Shown here: positions 60,653 through 64,000 of the stretch, piece by piece
How positions within the stretch are numbered: the first letter of the stretch is position 1
Layout: each line of letters begins with the position of its first letter
DNA from: Candidatus Coatesbacteria bacterium
GTDB taxonomy: Bacteria; JAFGND01
Assembly: GCA_016927185.1 (NCBI GenBank)
Contig: JAFGND010000057.1
Location: 1 to 64,000, forward strand
DNA: 64,000 nt
Direction: 5' to 3'
Program-made: the position numbers and the translations under genes
Notes under the pieces: generated by a model
Told to the model about the DNA's origin: nothing
What the model saw: only the letters and a program-made list of their open reading frames with translations
Databases searched by the model: none

Positions 60653-62555
60653 ATTTCCATTTATCTTTGGTTTTTTCAATAAGATCATCTATCTTCTCAA
60701 TCAGCATAATTGAGTTTTGATCCCATTCATATATTCTTCTTTCTTTTGTCCTTTTCCTGAAGTCCTTCTCAAATGCTATAAGTTTTTTCATATCCGATTG
60801 CTTTCCATTCTTATGTATTATTTCCAGTGCAGAAACAACTGTCTCCAGATCATCTTCCTTTAGAAGCAGCCACATTATTTCGTTGACTTCACCTGAATTA
60901 TCATCTCTGAAGTATTGGACAAGGACTCCGCGCAGTTCCCCTCTTGTTTCGCTGAGTGATTTAAGGAGTATATCTCTTGCTTTCCTGTATCTCCCCCTGG
61001 CCAGACAGAGAAGTAAATCCTCTTTCTCCTGTTTAGTTTCTGCTTTTTCAAGCCTATTTATGAAGATATCTCCTATCTCTTCATCAGCTTCAAACGATAT
61101 CAAAGCCTTTTCAATATCCTTTACCTGTTTTTCTTCTGTTGCAATTTCATATTCTTTTATCAATATTCTTTTTCCAATATCTGATTTATGAGCTGCCAGA
61201 ACCTTATATATCTGGTTTTTCTGCATATTATCCATATTAGACCATTCCAGTGAAACAAGGCTGTCTATTGAAGGTTTCTGGTTTTTAAGCTCTGTAGTTA
61301 TACTTTCAGAAAAAACCTTGTTTTTCAAACCTCTCAATGCAATTGAGATAGCTTCCAGAGAGTTTATTCCTGCCAGTGTAAGATATATTTCTTCTCTTTC
61401 AGCTGGATTGATTGTTTCTTGAAGATGATTTGCCAGATAAGGGATTGCTTCCTCATCTTTCATTTCTCCCCATAATATGGCAGCTTTTAATGCTTCCTTA
61501 CTATCATCATTGCACATTTTTCTGAAAAGAGGGATTGCTTCATAAGCCTCAAGTTTTGATAATGTCCCTAGAATGTCCATGAAATACCGAGTTTCTCTCC
61601 AGTTTTGCCTCATGAGTATTGGAATTGATTTTCTATCCCTCATTTTCAATATGCAGGCAAGCAGGTTTTTAAGATATATTGCATCTGAACTGTCTGTTCT
61701 CTCAGCCGCTTTTTCTTCAAAAACGGAAAGAGAATCCAGTATTTCCCTTGATGCAATTTCCTTTATGGAAGTCAGATATAAAATAGCAGAACTGCTTTCC
61801 ATATATTCACTATTTCTTAATGAACTCATTGCTTGAGTAAGGGCATCTGAAACTGCAATTTTTGCAAGTATCAAAAATACCAAGGAATTATACTTCCTGT
61901 TCTCTTTTCGTAGTATTTCTATCAAGACAGGAGTCAAATCCTTGTTAACTACAACAACTGAATCTGATAAATGACTTAATGTGATGTCTGTAAAAAGGGA
62001 ATCTTTCAAGGTTCCTTTCAAAAGAGAGTACTCAGTCTTCAGATTGTTCTTCATGAAACCTTTCAAGGCATCTCTTCTTAAATCGACTGGATTATCCCGG
62101 TTTTTATAATAGCTTAATAAAACTGCTTTTGAAGATGGTGTTCCTTGAAAAGAAAGAGCTTCTAATGATTTTTTTGCAATACCTGGTTTTTCGTCTTTAG
62201 CAAGTATCTCCAACGAAGGAATAAATCTTGGGTCACGTAATGATTGAGCAAGTTCCGCAATTCCTTCTTTCAGATCCGAATCATTGCTTTGCGACCATTT
62301 GATTATATTTGAAAACATAACTTCTTGATGTTTTTTTATTAATGTGAAAATAAAAGGGGAAAGCCTTTTTTCTGCTTTAGAGAACATTATAACTCTTATT
62401 TTCTGATAATCTTCGGAACTGTTTTCAGAAGTTTGCCCTAAGGTTATAAGTTTCTGATCATATGTTCCATTCAGGAGTGCTTGTTTTTTCAGATAATCAA
62501 GATAATAAGCAAGTGATAATATCACTAAGAAAACCAATGGGATAAAAATTAACAA
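60651..62555 (-). CDS. Membrane-anchored HEAT-repeat protein
   Basis: N-terminal TM; repeated AIP.L...L.D...R..A..AL pattern; start codon uncertain. Confidence 0.8.
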   Translation of the reverse strand: MLIFIPLVFLVILSLAYYLDYLKKQALLNGTYDQKLITLGQTSENSSEDYQKIRVIMFSKAEKRLSPFIFTLIKKHQEVMFSNIIKWSQSNDSDLKEGIAELAQSLRDPRFIPSLEILAKDEKPGIAKKSLEALSFQGTPSSKAVLLSYYKNRDNPVDLRRDALKGFMKNNLKTEYSLLKGTLKDSLFTDITLSHLSDSVVVVNKDLTPVLIEILRKENRKYNSLVFLILAKIAVSDALTQAMSSLRNSEYMESSSAILYLTSIKEIASREILDSLSVFEEKAAERTDSSDAIYLKNLLACILKMRDRKSIPILMRQNWRETRYFMDILGTLSKLEAYEAIPLFRKMCNDDSKEALKAAILWGEMKDEEAIPYLANHLQETINPAEREEIYLTLAGINSLEAISIALRGLKNKVFSESITTELKNQKPSIDSLVSLEWSNMDNMQKNQIYKVLAAHKSDIGKRILIKEYEIATEEKQVKDIEKALISFEADEEIGDIFINRLEKAETKQEKEDLLLCLARGRYRKARDILLKSLSETRGELRGVLVQYFRDDNSGEVNEIMWLLLKEDDLETVVSALEIIHKNGKQSDMKKLIAFEKDFRKRTKERRIYEWDQNSIMLIEKIDDLIEKTKDKWK

Positions 62556-62651
62556 ATATTTTTTCTTAATAATACTCTGCCTTGTTATTGATTACTGAAA
62601 AACATTGAGTAATAATTATAAACATGAATTGAAAACCTTATATCAGTCTGT

Positions 62652-62673
62652 CTGGCAGAGTAGTCTCTGCCAG
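62652..62673 (-). terminator. Hairpin downstream of the M42 peptidase gene
   Basis: CTGGCAGAG-TAGT-CTCTGCCAG perfect 9-bp stem; no clear U-tract on the - strand. Confidence 0.5.
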
Positions 62674-62678
62674 GTGTT

Positions 62679-63689
62679 TTAAACAGGTAATTTCTCACTT
62701 TCGCAAATTACTTTAAGCAATTTTACGGTTGCTTCAACGTCTGCAATTGAACATATTTCAGAAGAAGAATGAACATGTCTTGTTGGAACGCTTAAAGTAG
62801 AGGCAAGTATCCCCTTTTTGGTCAGATGGATAGCGAATGAATCAGTTGCCCCTCCAGTTAATACCTCTCTTTGATAAGGAATCTTGTGTTTCTCGGCAAG
62901 GCTTATTTCCCAGTCAACAATCTGTTTAGGGACGATTATTCCGGAGTCCATTATTTTTATTCCAGTTCCTTTTCCCATTGCACAGCTTACTGAACATTTG
63001 GTTTGATTTCCAGGTGCATCATCACTCCCTGTAACATCAAGAGCGATACCAAGATCAGGTTCAATGGCGAAAGCAGAAGTCTTTGCTCCTCTTACACCCA
63101 CTTCTTCCTGGACAGTAAAAACATAGTATATATTATGTTTTGCCGCTTTAAGTCTTTCTGCAAGTAATATAAGGATGAGACAACCTATTCTGTCATCAAG
63201 AGCCATTGAGCACAAATTCCCAAACTGCTCAAATGGTTCGGTATCCCAGACAAATCTGTCTCCAATTTTTATATGTTTTTCTGCTGCTTCCTTGTTTTTT
63301 GCACCAATATCTACATACAGGTTATCTATCTTAAGTTTTGGCAGACACTCTTCATTATCATAGCAAATCATTCCCTTTATTCCGTTCTTGAAAATCACTC
63401 GCTGGGTAACTTGATTATATGGATAATGACCTCCAACTGAATGAAAGCGCAGGTATCCTTTCTTGTCAATGTGGGTTACTATGAATCCTATCTGATCCAT
63501 GTGAGCGGCAAGCATTATATTCCTGGCATTTTTCGAGTTGCTTTTCTTTACACATATCAGGTTTCCTAATACATCATTATAACACTTATCTGCAAATGAT
63601 TTCATAAGCTCTTTCAGATAATTGCTTATATTTTCTTCATCTCCTGAAGGCCCGAATTCCTTGAATATTTTAAGATACTTCTTTTCCAT
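62679..63689 (-). CDS. M42 family metallo-aminopeptidase (TET/YsdC-like)
   Basis: AAHMDQIG, ALDDRIG, QEEVGVRGA, GATD and PTRHVHS motifs. Confidence 0.93.
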   Translation of the reverse strand: MEKKYLKIFKEFGPSGDEENISNYLKELMKSFADKCYNDVLGNLICVKKSNSKNARNIMLAAHMDQIGFIVTHIDKKGYLRFHSVGGHYPYNQVTQRVIFKNGIKGMICYDNEECLPKLKIDNLYVDIGAKNKEAAEKHIKIGDRFVWDTEPFEQFGNLCSMALDDRIGCLILILLAERLKAAKHNIYYVFTVQEEVGVRGAKTSAFAIEPDLGIALDVTGSDDAPGNQTKCSVSCAMGKGTGIKIMDSGIIVPKQIVDWEISLAEKHKIPYQREVLTGGATDSFAIHLTKKGILASTLSVPTRHVHSSSEICSIADVEATVKLLKVICESEKLPV

Positions 63690-63704
63690 TTCACTCTCCT
63701 AATT

Positions 63705-64000
63705 CTACTTTATTTTAAAAGATTCAGCTTTAACTACAACTGCAAGTGCCAAATCCCTCATAGCATTTAGATCCGGTATACTTATTATGGCAACAGGTGA
63801 ATGAATATATCTGCATGGAAGCGCTATATTCAAAGCAGGCAATCCTTCTTTTGATGTATAGATAGGTCCTGCATCTGTTCCTCCAACTACTGATCTCTTG
63901 AATTGATAGGGAATCTTCTTTTCCTTTGCAATCGCCTGAACCCAATCAAGGATTTTTGTATTAGTTATTATATTTGAATCCATAATGGTTATTGCTGGTC
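63705..64000 (-). CDS. M42 family peptidase, C-terminal part (truncated by the window edge)
   Basis: GGTDAG and PCRYIHSP motifs; frame open to the window end. Confidence 0.88.
   Translation of the reverse strand, partial: PAITIMDSNIITNTKILDWVQAIAKEKKIPYQFKRSVVGGTDAGPIYTSKEGLPALNIALPCRYIHSPVAIISIPDLNAMRDLALAVVVKAESFKIK

Noticed and set aside
1-64000. Genome-wide TGA reassignment (code 4/25) as the explanation for the TGA at 27727
   Set aside because: TGA ends many conserved genes at their expected C-termini (e.g. hydratase small subunit 2433, dxs 36433, ATPase B and D), and no other gene is fragmented
1-64000. CRISPR arrays, tRNA/rRNA genes, IS elements, prophage or defence systems
   Set aside because: No regularly spaced repeats, structured GC-rich RNA blocks, transposase/integrase motifs or phage genes were recognised by eye

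Overview
AT-rich (roughly 35% GC by eye), gene-dense chromosomal segment of a diderm bacterium. The markers (TonB-dependent receptor with DUF4249-like lipoproteins, S8 protease with a FlgD-Ig/T9SS-like C-terminus, kdsB) suggest an FCB-related, probably uncultured lineage. TGA is used as an ordinary stop in many genes (code 11). The window holds a divergent LeuC/LeuD(HacAB)-type hydratase pair, two cNMP-binding signalling proteins, a PadR-TolC-MFP-RND efflux operon, folE2, kdsB, ftsY-dxs-radical SAM, a TPR protein / zinc-finger-less ClpX paralog / RsgA cluster, cell-wall enzymes, a complete Na+-type V/A-ATPase operon coupled to thrS, and tandem M42 peptidases. No CRISPR array, tRNA, rRNA or mobile element was recognised. 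The most notable signal is at 27439-28602: an 8-bladed PQQ/BamB-type beta-propeller lipoprotein gene interrupted by a single in-frame TGA (27727-27729) and followed closely by a hairpin that fits the bacterial SECIS model. It is a candidate new selenoprotein family, although a nonsense mutation or sequencing error cannot be excluded from this window alone. Also notable are active-site substitutions in the aconitase-family pair, a DnaA-box-like cluster in the longest intergenic region, and repeated promoter geometry suggesting leaderless mRNAs. All family assignments come from motif recognition; no database search was run.
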